From assembly GCA_951406725.2 (NCBI GenBank), contig OX597816.1:73718001-73782000 (forward strand): a DNA stretch of 64,000 nt, written 5' to 3'. A model generated the notes under the pieces. That model had not been told where the DNA came from, did not search any database, and was given only the letters and a program-made list of their open reading frames with translations. Below are positions 13,697 through 24,495 of the stretch, piece after piece. The stretch's first letter is position 1. The number at the start of each line of letters is the position of its first letter. The stretch is from Octopus vulgaris. Taxonomy: Eukaryota. A program made the position numbers and the translations under genes.

Positions 13697-13952
13697 TATA
13701 TAGATTTACACAGACACACGCCTATACATATATAAATATAGAAACACACACACACATATGTACATAGAGATACATAAAGGGTACATGTATGTATATGTGT
13801 GTGTGTACGTGTGCCTGTGTGCATTTATATACGCACATATATATGTATATGTAGAGAGATCTATATATATGAATATATACGCTCACATAGACAGACATAC
13901 ACATACATATGTGTGTGCCTGTGTATACAAACACACACACATATACTTATAC

Positions 13953-14009
<57 letters not shown>

Positions 14010-14083
14010 CATATATATATATACATACATATATATATATATACATACATATATATATACACGTACATATACATACATATATG

Positions 14084-14155
<72 letters not shown>

Positions 14156-14491
14156 TGTATGTATGTATGTATGTATGTATGTATAATGTATATCTGTATG
14201 TATCCATGTGTGTGTGTGTATGTAATAGCAGACACTGTTCCTTTCTACTGATCCCAAATCCTGATAGGGACTGAGATACATCGGGTTGATAAAGAGACTA
14301 ATCACCATTTTGAGCTAAACCAAGTTTTCCTGTAATTGAAAACATTAAAAAAAAAATAATGAAATAAATTAATAAAACTACGTGTAAACAACATAAAATA
14401 CACACGAAAAAAATGTCCTTACCCGTAAGTATACGCACTCATATGTGCACATTCATATACAGATACATACACACACACACACACACACACA

Positions 14492-14561
<70 letters not shown>

Positions 14562-14562
14562 T

Positions 14563-14603
<41 letters not shown>

Positions 14604-15286
14604 CATATATATGTATATATAGTTATATATGCATATACATATACATATATATGTATATATATATACATATATATATGTATGAAATTAAGAATGGTCAATA
14701 AAGTGGACACCTAATATGCTAAACATAGACATCAAATCGTCATTACCACGAAGAGTGTGTTCTCAAAAAAAATCTCAGCAAAGCGACAAAATGTAAAAAT
14801 GAGCAAGACAAATGAAAATATTTTTTTTTAAATGCTAAGCCACAGGTTTTAATTTATTAATATCAAGTTCTACCTTTATTATTTAATTTTAAATAAAAAT
14901 GTTCTCTAACCGGTAAATTAGCTGATGAAATTCATTAACTGCAGAGTTATTTCCGGCCTCAGCGTGAATACATTTGAAAAATACACCCAAATATAATTTG
15001 TAGAACTTTATACATGCTCTATTTCGGTTGAGTGTTCTGTTCTGTATCTAGTTCTGGAAATTGTGTTTTGTAAGCGACAGTCTACGCTGACAATCTTGCA
15101 GATATTTGCGTATTTACTTACGTAAATATTAACAAGTGAAATCATGGTACGTAGGTAATCGTTTTTTATTTCGTATATTTTCATGTTTTGCTCTTCGTGG
15201 TAATGGCGATTTGACGTCTATGTTTAGCATATTATTTTTAATCTTCGGATTTTTTAAATATATAAGAGAGCCGTAAATATATAAAT

Positions 15287-15640
15287 GCAGCGGACTCGCG
15301 GTCGTTGGATCGCACTTTCGATTCCCAGACTGGACGTTGTGACTGTTTATTGAGCGAAAGTACTTAAAAGCTCCACGAGGCTCCGTAGAGGGTTGTGGTG
15401 AACCCTGCTGTATTCTTTCACCACAACTTTCTCTCACTCTTTCTTCCTGTTTCTGTTGCACCTGTGTTTCAAAGGACCAGCCTTGTCACACACTGTCACG
15501 CTGAATATCCCAGAGAACTACGTTAAGAGTACACACATGTCTGTGGAGTGCTCAGCCACTTGCACGCTGATTTCACGAGCAGGCTGTCCCGTTGATCGGA
15601 TCAACTGGAACCCGCGTAACCGACGGAGTGCTACGACGAC
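15287..15640 (+). mobile_element. SINE family 4 (tRNA-like head slightly truncated)
   Basis: GCAGCGGACTCGCGGTCG...TTCGATTCCCAGAC...GAGCGAAA...AAGCTCCACG...CAACTTTCTCTCACTC shared with the 52663 and 55040 copies. Confidence 0.8.
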
Positions 15641-15861
15641 TCTTAGAAAGTATGAAAAATGGTTAATATTTCCTTCAAGCTTTGCTTCCTTTACATTTAT
15701 TCAAACTCTACAGAATCCTTCTCAACACATGGCTATGATGCTACCGCTACTACTCCTGATCCTGATTAGAAAAGCACATATTGTCAGCTACTAAGGGGAC
15801 ACGCTCAAGTGGTTAGGGTCAAGCAACTGACAAGCAAATCTGTGATATTTGCTATAACGAA

Positions 15862-16240
15862 GTCGGCAAACTGGCAGAAGCGTTAGCACGCCGTGCGAAA
15901 TGCTTAGCGATATTTCGTCTCTCTTTTACGTTCTGAGTTCAAATTCCGCCGAGATCGACTTTGCCTTTCATCCTTTCGGGGTCGATATATTAAGTACTAG
16001 TTGCGTACTGGGGTCGATCTAATCGACTGGCCTCTTCCCCAAAATATTCGGGCCTTGTGCCTAGAGTAGAAAAGGATATTGAGCAGAATATTTACTATAA
16101 CGAAGACGGCGAATTGGAAGAAACGTTAGCACGCCAGGCGAAATGCTTAGCGATATTTCGTCTGCCTCTACGTTTTGAGTTCAAATTCTGCCAAGGTTGA
16201 CTCTGCCTTTCATCCTTTTGGGGTCGATAAATTAAGTACC
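15862..16240 (+). mobile_element. Two tandem copies of SINE family 3 (15862-16075 full, 16106-16240 partial)
   Basis: Same sequence as 21349-21562; both preceded by the repeated ATATTT.CTATAACGAAG. Confidence 0.85.
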
Positions 16241-16833
16241 TCTACCATTTTCGACGTGGCGGGGCCCCACTTTCGGAGGTGTCTTCAGCACTGATGTTGA
16301 GTGCATTTCTTCTTTCTCCTTCTTTCCTCTGTTCCCTGGCCTCTTCGATACAACATCAACGAATGTCAGCGGCCGACTGACCTTCCTGTCAAATTGCCCT
16401 TTAAATACTCGCTGGTAGGCTCCAGCAGCTGGCACCAGTTAACTGTCACGTGACACTATCTAAGCTTCAACTGACAAATGGAGGCAAAGGGCGCGTAATC
16501 TTAGCCCGCTCCTTCTCTAAACCTGCCTTCCAACAGTGTCCTGTTAGTTACAGTTCCAGCAGCCAGAACCGATCAGCTGTTTGGTGGTGCAAGCCTTCGA
16601 ACCAGGAGGTGGGGTGGCCACTATGAATGAGTTCGCTACCTTGGCCTACCGGTCAATCAGCGATGCTGCTTAAGTGTCTGTCAGCCTCACCTAGCGACGC
16701 TATTTCCCAGTTGGCATGTTATCGCTTTCAAGCCATTTTGGGTCTTCTCGCTTCAGAAACTGGCTTTGTCGATTGTATCCTCCTTATATTATTTTTCCCA
16801 GCTCTGAGCTCGAAAAGGCAAACCTTCTTTTGA

Positions 16834-16866
<33 letters not shown>

Positions 16867-16889
16867 TGTATGTATGTATGTATGTATGT

Positions 16890-17045
16890 AGGTTTGTCCC
16901 CCACCATCACTTGACAACCGATGTTGGTGTGTTTACGCTCCCGTAGCATTAGCGGTTCGGCAAAAAAGATAGAATAAGTACTAGGCTTACAAAGAATAGG
17001 TCCTGGGGGTCAATTTATTTGAAACCAATAAACGAATAAAAGAAT
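16890..17045 (+). mobile_element. Internal/3' fragment of SINE family 2
   Basis: TTTGTCCCCC...CTTGACAACCGATG.TGGTGTGTTTA...GCGGTTCGGCAAAA...AGAATAAGTACT. Confidence 0.8.
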
Positions 17046-17237
17046 ATATATAGTTATACACACACATACACATATACATATATATTATATATATACATAT
17101 ATATTATACATACATCATATATTATACATATATATGTATACATATATGTATATATACATATATACATATATATTTAGATGGATATAGATATAGATATATG
17201 ATATATATATATATATATATATACACATGTATAAATG

Positions 17238-17270
<33 letters not shown>

Positions 17271-17282
17271 GTATGTATGTAT

Positions 17283-17315
<33 letters not shown>

Positions 17316-17390
17316 CATATATATAGTGATGGATATAGATAAATGTATATATATATATACACACACATATATAGAAATGTATGTATGTAT

Positions 17391-17470
<80 letters not shown>

Positions 17471-17574
17471 ATATATATACATACATACATACATACATAT
17501 TTGTGTGGATATATGTGTGTGTATGTATATATATATATATATACATATTATAGAGTGCGAGAGAGAGAGAGATG

Positions 17575-17628
<54 letters not shown>

Positions 17629-18115
17629 AAACCAGGTGGAAGACAAGGTTTGCCGGTTTGCCGTGACAAATATCTATTAACACTTCTGGAAATAAGCTGC
17701 ATTGCGCCGCCTGTTTAATGTGTTTGTAGCTAATAACGTCTCGAGATCCGAGCCATAGGTAAGACTACACCAGGCGACAGACAGAAAGTGATGTTGTCAA
17801 TTCAGAAAGAGCAAAGGCTAAAGACATAATAGTTAAAAGATAGATTGTTATAGACGGACGTGTATTGTATTATCTATTACCGTGTGTGGGATGATGCGAT
17901 TGGTTATACGTGCGTGCGTACATGTGTGTACGTGCGTATGTGAGTGTGTGGGTGAGTGGGTGTCAGTATGTGCCCAGCCGTGTGCGAAGATAATTGAACT
18001 GGGTTGTGGATAGGAAGTAGGAACACGGGTTCGATTCTTAGTGGAGCCTTTACTTTCATTCCTTCTTTATTTTTCTCTTTTCACACACACACACACAGAC
18101 ACACACACACACATG

Positions 18116-18161
<46 letters not shown>

Positions 18162-18181
18162 TAATATTATTATTATTCCTT

Positions 18182-19925
18182 CATAACACAGAGTAGATAA
18201 AAATGCACCACAGTCTTTAGTCATCTGTCAATTCACAAGGACCTCAGACTGGTACTTTCCTTAAGACGTGCACTGTGCCCAATAAGGCTGCTTTTTGCAA
18301 GATATCAATCTTGCATGGGATTTCCAGTTACCTTAAGAAGTTTTGAAGTTTCAATGAGATTAAGCCCAACGCTCAGATCACCACTGGTATCACTTTTACA
18401 TTACCCTCTCGCATTCCATACAGTCTTGTCATTTCCACTTTCAATTCGGAGTACTTGGGTATTTTTTCAACCCCTTTACTCACAACATTCATGTCATTTG
18501 GTATGGCTACATCAATGATCTGACAGTATTTGTCTCTCTTATTCAATATGACAATATCCGGCCATCGGTGTTCGATTACACGATCCGTCTGAAAATCATA
18601 GTCCCAGAGTATCGTTACTTTTCCATCCTCCTGCATAACTTTGGTTATACCAGTTCTCTGTTACTTCATATTGGTATTTACGGCATAAGAGCCAATGAAG
18701 ATACACGCACACTTTATCGTGTTGGCGCTTGTATTCATTTTGTGCAAGGCTCTCACATTCACTTACCAAGTGGGTCGCATTTTCCACACTCTTTCCACAG
18801 AGTCTGCATTTCTGGGTGTCAGAAGTTTTATAGATGTTATACTTCACTGAATTGGTAGCGAGAGTCTGGTCTTGTGCAGCAATGATCATGTTTTCGGTGG
18901 TACGCTTCAAATCGCCTCGCTCAAGCCATGACCACGATGCTGTATTATCCTTAACGTCTTGTGTATTCCTTCTTTTCTCTTCTCCTCAGCTTTCTCGTCC
19001 TTCTATCCAGTGTTGATATTTCCTCCTTAGTCCATTTGAGGATGGATGCACTATATCTGATCACCGCAACTGCCCAGATATTCATTGCGGTAATCAAACT
19101 TTTGGCATTCAGGTTGGATTTCAACATCCTCATCACCCTTTTTGATACGCCTCGCTGACCTTGACTTTCATTTCTCTGTGTAGAATGTCATCCAGCCCCA
19201 AAATCCATAAATATCTATACCCATTACCGTCAAGTTCACCCATGGTCTCTCCCGATAATAAACGTAATCCTCTGCAGGCTGATTTCTTCCCTCTTTTCAT
19301 ATTAAGCACTGAGCATTTGGTAATCCCAATTTCCATACCGATGTTCCTACCACACTTCTGGGCTGTTTTGGTTATGGAATCTATATTTTTCAGATTTCCC
19401 AAACAATTCCAAGTCATCCATAAACAGAAGATGGTTCAATGATGGGCCTTTCTTCCCACATCGGTAACCCATCTTAACTTTCCTAAGTGTTATTGTTATG
19501 GGTATTAGTGCAATTACAAAAAGTAGTGGAGAAAACGAGTCACCTTGGAGAATTTCCCTTTTAATATTAATTTCTCCAAGGAATACATTACTTGAGTACA
19601 ATTTGGTTTTCCACTCTTTCATGCTATGCATCAGAAAATTTGTGATGTTTTCAGCAACACCAAACATCTGCAGGCACTCAACAATCCAAGAATGAGGGAT
19701 TATATCATATGCCTTCTTAAAGTCAATCCAAACCTTAGACATGTTTGTATGATGTTTTTTACAATGCTTCAAAACTGTTTTATCGATGACCAGGCCATCC
19801 TTGGCACACTGAGAACTCTCCCTACATCCTTTTTGTTCCCTTGGTAGTATTTCTTCCTGTGCCAGGAAAGTATATGTTTTTGCCGCATATATTCTAGTGA
19901 GTATCTTCCAGATTATGTTTAGGCA
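18182..19925 (-). mobile_element. R4/Dong-clade non-LTR retrotransposon remnant (RT + CCHC + restriction-like endonuclease), frameshifted
   Basis: WIDFKKAYD, LQGDSFSPLLF, NHLLFMDDL; CRLC...HLVSEC zinc knuckle; HDKV; PDIV...IIDVAIP RLE motif; bounded by (ATT)n. Confidence 0.9.
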
Positions 19926-19967
19926 TGCTATTATTATTACTATTATTATTATTATTATTATTATTAT

Positions 19968-21345
19968 TTCTCTTTATCACAGGTTTTGTTGGAACTCCTG
20001 GAGTCTTACATGCGTAGCGGGCTTGCTACATGCAGCCTACGGTACCATGCTATCCGTTCTTTTCAGCTATCTAATACCTTCCTGATTATTCTGACAGTGC
20101 TAAGGAGGCAAACCATTTTTAACACTCTACAGGGGATAATATTCCAATTTCCTTTATACTCCCCTTGATGCCTTCTGATACTGTTCCCAAAGATCCAACA
20201 ATAATCGGCACTATCTTCACCTTCTTCATTTTCCATAGCCGGGCTATTTCGTACTTAAAAGGGTTGTATCTATCTATCTTTTCGTTTTCCTTCTTGGCTA
20301 CTAGTTGGTCAAAGAGGCATGCAACATCAACTATACAGCATATGTGGTGCACCTTGTCCACCACCACTAGGTCCGGTCTGTTATGCTCTAGCACTTGATG
20401 TATTTGGATTGAGAAATCCCAGAAGATTTTGCTAGTCTCCGACTCTGCTATTCTCTGCGGTTTTACTTCTCTCTAGCCCCCCCCCCCCCACACACACACA
20501 CATTTCGCAGTTTCCAATGTAGCACTTTCGCTACCTGATCGTGTCGCCACAACTTGTAGTGGTTTTGGGAAAGTCCAGGGCAGTCCTTCGATTATATGGG
20601 CAACGGTTTTTTCCACTCTCTTGCAGATGCGGCACAGCGGAGACACTTGCTCATTCCTAAGGTTGACCTTCCAGGTCGCGGCCAAAGCTTGGTCTTGTGC
20701 TTGGTCTTGGTCTTGTGCTGATGCTCTTGGTCTCTTTCTTAGTATTCCTTTCTTCAGCCAATCCCACACATATTTTCCAGCAACATCTGTTGTGGCTATA
20801 TGGAATTTTTTGTGTAGTCCCTTCTTGCGTAATTCTTCCTCATGTCCATTTGGTACTTCTTTTGTTTTTCTCTGCTTTCAATATTCCCTCGTTCCTAACT
20901 GTCACTAACAAGGTTTCTTTACTTTGGGTTAGGTATCTCCTTAAGCACTCGAGTTCGTTACCCACGCAGTCTTCCACACTTACCAGTCCTCTTCCTCCAT
21001 TTGCTCTCTTTAGGGCGATCAGTGTCTGCACGTGGATGATGGGTTCCATGCATCGTTAGGAGTTTTCTTGACTTCCTGTCCATCTCCTTTAGCTCTTCCA
21101 CTGTCCACTTCAAGATTCCAGCCCCATACCGAACTACTGCGGCTGCGCGCGAGTTTATTGCTGAAATTATGTTTCTGGCATTCAGCTTTGAGGCCAGTAT
21201 TTTTCTCACTCGCCACAGGTACTATATTTTTTGTCTTTTCCGTCATGTCCATGTGCCTCAAATATTCCCAGGTATTTATAGTTGGATTGAGGTTGAATTG
21301 CCTTCATCATTTCACCACTTGGGAACCATATGCCTTCTGTCCTGA
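19968..21345 (-). mobile_element. Second, divergent R4/Dong-clade remnant (RT C-terminus + CCHC + RLE)
   Basis: LNARNIISAINSRA..VVRYGAGILKWT, GGRGLVSVED, CRICKRVEKTVAHI, HNRPDLVVVDK...IVDVAC, KIVPIIVGSLG; 3' end abuts (TAA)n at 19930-19967. Confidence 0.9.
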
Positions 21346-21348
21346 CAA

Positions 21349-21562
21349 GGCGGCGAGCTGGCTGAATCGTTAAGCACGCCGGACGAGATGCTTACCAGCA
21401 TTTCATCCGTCTTTACGTTCTGAGTTCAAATTCCGCCGAGGTTGACTTTACCTTTCATCCTTTCGGGGTCGATGAATTAAGTACCAGTTTGCGTACTGGG
21501 GTCGATCTAATCGACTGAGCCCCTCCGCCAAAATTTCGGGCCTTGTGCCTAGAGTAGAAAAA
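21349..21562 (+). mobile_element. SINE family 3, full copy
   Basis: GGCGGCGAGCTGGC.GAATCGTT...GAGTTCAAATTCCGCC...GGCCTTGTGCCTAGAGTAGAAAA followed by (ATC)n/(ATT)n. Confidence 0.88.
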
Positions 21563-21605
21563 ATCATCATCATCATCATCATCGTCATCGTCATCGTCAT
21601 CATCA

Positions 21606-21672
<67 letters not shown>

Positions 21673-22366
21673 CATCATCATTATTATTATTGCTAATGCC
21701 ATTCGAATATAACAAACACAAGTAAATAAATGATATCGAACAAAAGAAAATAGCTAAATCTTGTAACGCAATAGGTTTTAGCGTGTAAAAAGCAGTAACA
21801 CGCATGAATGCTTGACAAATCTATCTTTATATAGTACAAAAAAATAAATAATAAACTAGGCTTGGCGCTTCCTACTGATTGTGGTCACACGTCTGTCCCA
21901 TATACGCACATTCAGAGGAGGGATAGAATTCGCGTGAGATGGGAGATAAACTCTTAACTAGATTATACGTATATGTAAGAGCTTACCGACAAGAGTATCA
22001 TAATATCCAGAAGATGACTGGAGCCTCCTCTGTGTACTCACTCGCCTAAATGTCTTAAGTGTAAGATAATTAGATAGCTAGAAGACACTAATAAAAATAT
22101 ATTTATACATGTGTATATGAATATATATATATATATATATATACATATATATATGTATATATATATATATATATGTATATATATGGATGTATGCATGTCT
22201 GTATATACGTATGCATTCGTGTATGTATGTATGTATGTATGCATGCATGTAAGTATTCATGTCATGTATGTATATAGATAGCTAGATATCATAAATATAA
22301 CAAATGTGTGTGTTCATTAGACACACGAGTAACTATATTTATATCAACTTTAACAGTTAAAATGCT

Positions 22367-22412
22367 AACTGTGACTTCGAAGTTTTGGCTTACTTGCCTT
22401 CATCAGACAGTC
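22367..22412 (-). ncRNA. Minimal type I hammerhead ribozyme motif with one core mutation (GAAA to AAAA)
   Basis: Minus strand GACTGT-CTGATGA-A-GGC-aagtaa-GCC-AAAA-CTTCGAAG-TC-ACAGTT; palindromic stem III as in PLE hammerheads. Confidence 0.8.
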
Positions 22413-22664
22413 GGGTTGAAGGCGAGCAAGCCGAAACTTCGAATGTAATATTGAATATGGGATCTTCAAAGCAGTATTCATTAATCCTTCTGCTTAATGT
22501 TAAAGTCTTTCTAAACTTGACAGAAAGGCAAACACTTTTATAATACATACATACATACATACATACATACATACATACATACATACATACATACATACAT
22601 ACATACATACATAAATACATATATATATATACATACATACATAAATACATACATACATACATAA

Positions 22665-22699
<35 letters not shown>

Positions 22700-22703
22700 C
22701 ACA

Positions 22704-22739
<36 letters not shown>

Positions 22740-22792
22740 TATATATACACATACATACACATACATACACATACATACATACATACATATAA

Positions 22793-22865
<73 letters not shown>

Positions 22866-23262
22866 TAGATAGATAGATAGATAGATATATATATAGAGAT
22901 ATATATAGATATATATATAGAGAGATATATATGTTGGATTAACTGTTGAAGTGGACGGACGTCTATTTGTTTCTCTCCCAAGTCAGTAGCAAGCTACACA
23001 GCTTCAAAACTTAACTGACCTTAAATATATATATATTTGTAACCACGTGTTTACCTACAAACCCGTAAGTACGTTTTCATTTAACTACAAATTGTTATAT
23101 ACACCTGTTTTTCTTTTAATATCCTCAAACAACCAAATAATCAAAAACTCACACCCTTAAGAGAGAACATTTATATATATATATATACACTTCTTTAACT
23201 CCCAAGAAAGAATATATATATTTTCAAAAATCAAAAGGAAAACAAACAAAAGAAAAACAAAC

Positions 23263-24495
23263 ATGACTAACTTGCAGGCCTGCAACAGACGAAATTGGTT
23301 TGATAACGAAATTGATGTTTTAATAAAGACATGGCTCTCTCTTTCCCAAACAGAAAATCTAAATGTTTTGTGTTTGAATGAGATTGCCGAAAAAACATCA
23401 CAAGTGGTCAACACACGATCCGTCAAACAGATTCGTAGCAAACTGAAACATATCGAAGTATCTTTCAAACTGACAAAAGGCCATTATGAAAAGCTTCTTC
23501 ATATTTTCACAGTTCAAGAACAGCAACAGCTAGAAAATCAGCAGCCACAACAACAACAACAACAACAGAATGAGCCACTCCTGGTTCCCAGCACAATGGC
23601 TGACCCTAACATCGGTCAAGCACAACAACAACAACAACAGCCACAGCAACAAGAACAACAACAGCCACTCCTCAACTCTAGCTTACTAGATGATTCACTA
23701 AATGCCAGTATCTTTTCACCGCTCTCACGGCAACCACCACAATTATCATCATCATCATCACCACCGCTGCCACCATCGTCTTCTATCACCAAAAATACCA
23801 ACAGAAAACCAAATAAGAAACCACTGCCCTCTTCCCCCACATCACCACCTCAATACTACTGCAGTAACAAAAACTTAAAGAAACATAGGAAGCAGAATGC
23901 GCCCCCCACGGCACAAACAAGAAATCCCCAAATATGCCGCTATTCACTGCGCCAGAGACTCTGCACAAATAGTGACTGCATCTTCACGCATCTACCCGGC
24001 ACTAGACGCACTACCGGCCAAGGCCAAAGCACGCATCCCACAATAACATCAACACCACCAAATAGTAAATCGAAATTCAAAACACACACAACTCGGAGTC
24101 CCAAAATCTGCCGGTATTCCCAACGTGAGAGAACATGTCTGCTGAGTGACTGTCCCTTCACTCATCTTCCAGGGACCCGACGCACAAACAGAAACGGGGC
24201 TTCAAGCCAACACACAAACCTGAATAAAAATAAAAATAGAAACACACCATGCTGCAGTAATGCTGGTCCAGTTTTTTCAGGAAGACACAAAAACAACAAC
24301 AACAAAAGTGGAAACTACAGCCCTATCCAACAGTGCAACCACACCTCCAGCCAAAAACTGCTCCCTAATCAGGAAAATTCTTTTTTAGCCATGTTGAACA
24401 TGGCAAAAGAGATACACAAAAACATTCTAGCCATCACTCAACACCATCCTATGCTATTACCCCAGTGCACCAATTCCCCACATTGCTGCCACTAA
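23263..24495 (+). CDS. LINE A ORF1: Myb/SANT-like N-terminal domain, Q/P/S-rich linker, two CCCH-type zinc fingers
   Basis: 410-aa ORF; NWFDNEIDVLIKTW...EIAEK...RSVKQIRSKLKHI; two C-x8-C-x4-C-x3-H repeats each followed by LPGTRRT. Confidence 0.88.
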   Translation: MTNLQACNRRNWFDNEIDVLIKTWLSLSQTENLNVLCLNEIAEKTSQVVNTRSVKQIRSKLKHIEVSFKLTKGHYEKLLHIFTVQEQQQLENQQPQQQQQQQNEPLLVPSTMADPNIGQAQQQQQQPQQQEQQQPLLNSSLLDDSLNASIFSPLSRQPPQLSSSSSPPLPPSSSITKNTNRKPNKKPLPSSPTSPPQYYCSNKNLKKHRKQNAPPTAQTRNPQICRYSLRQRLCTNSDCIFTHLPGTRRTTGQGQSTHPTITSTPPNSKSKFKTHTTRSPKICRYSQRERTCLLSDCPFTHLPGTRRTNRNGASSQHTNLNKNKNRNTPCCSNAGPVFSGRHKNNNNKSGNYSPIQQCNHTSSQKLLPNQENSFLAMLNMAKEIHKNILAITQHHPMLLPQCTNSPHCCH

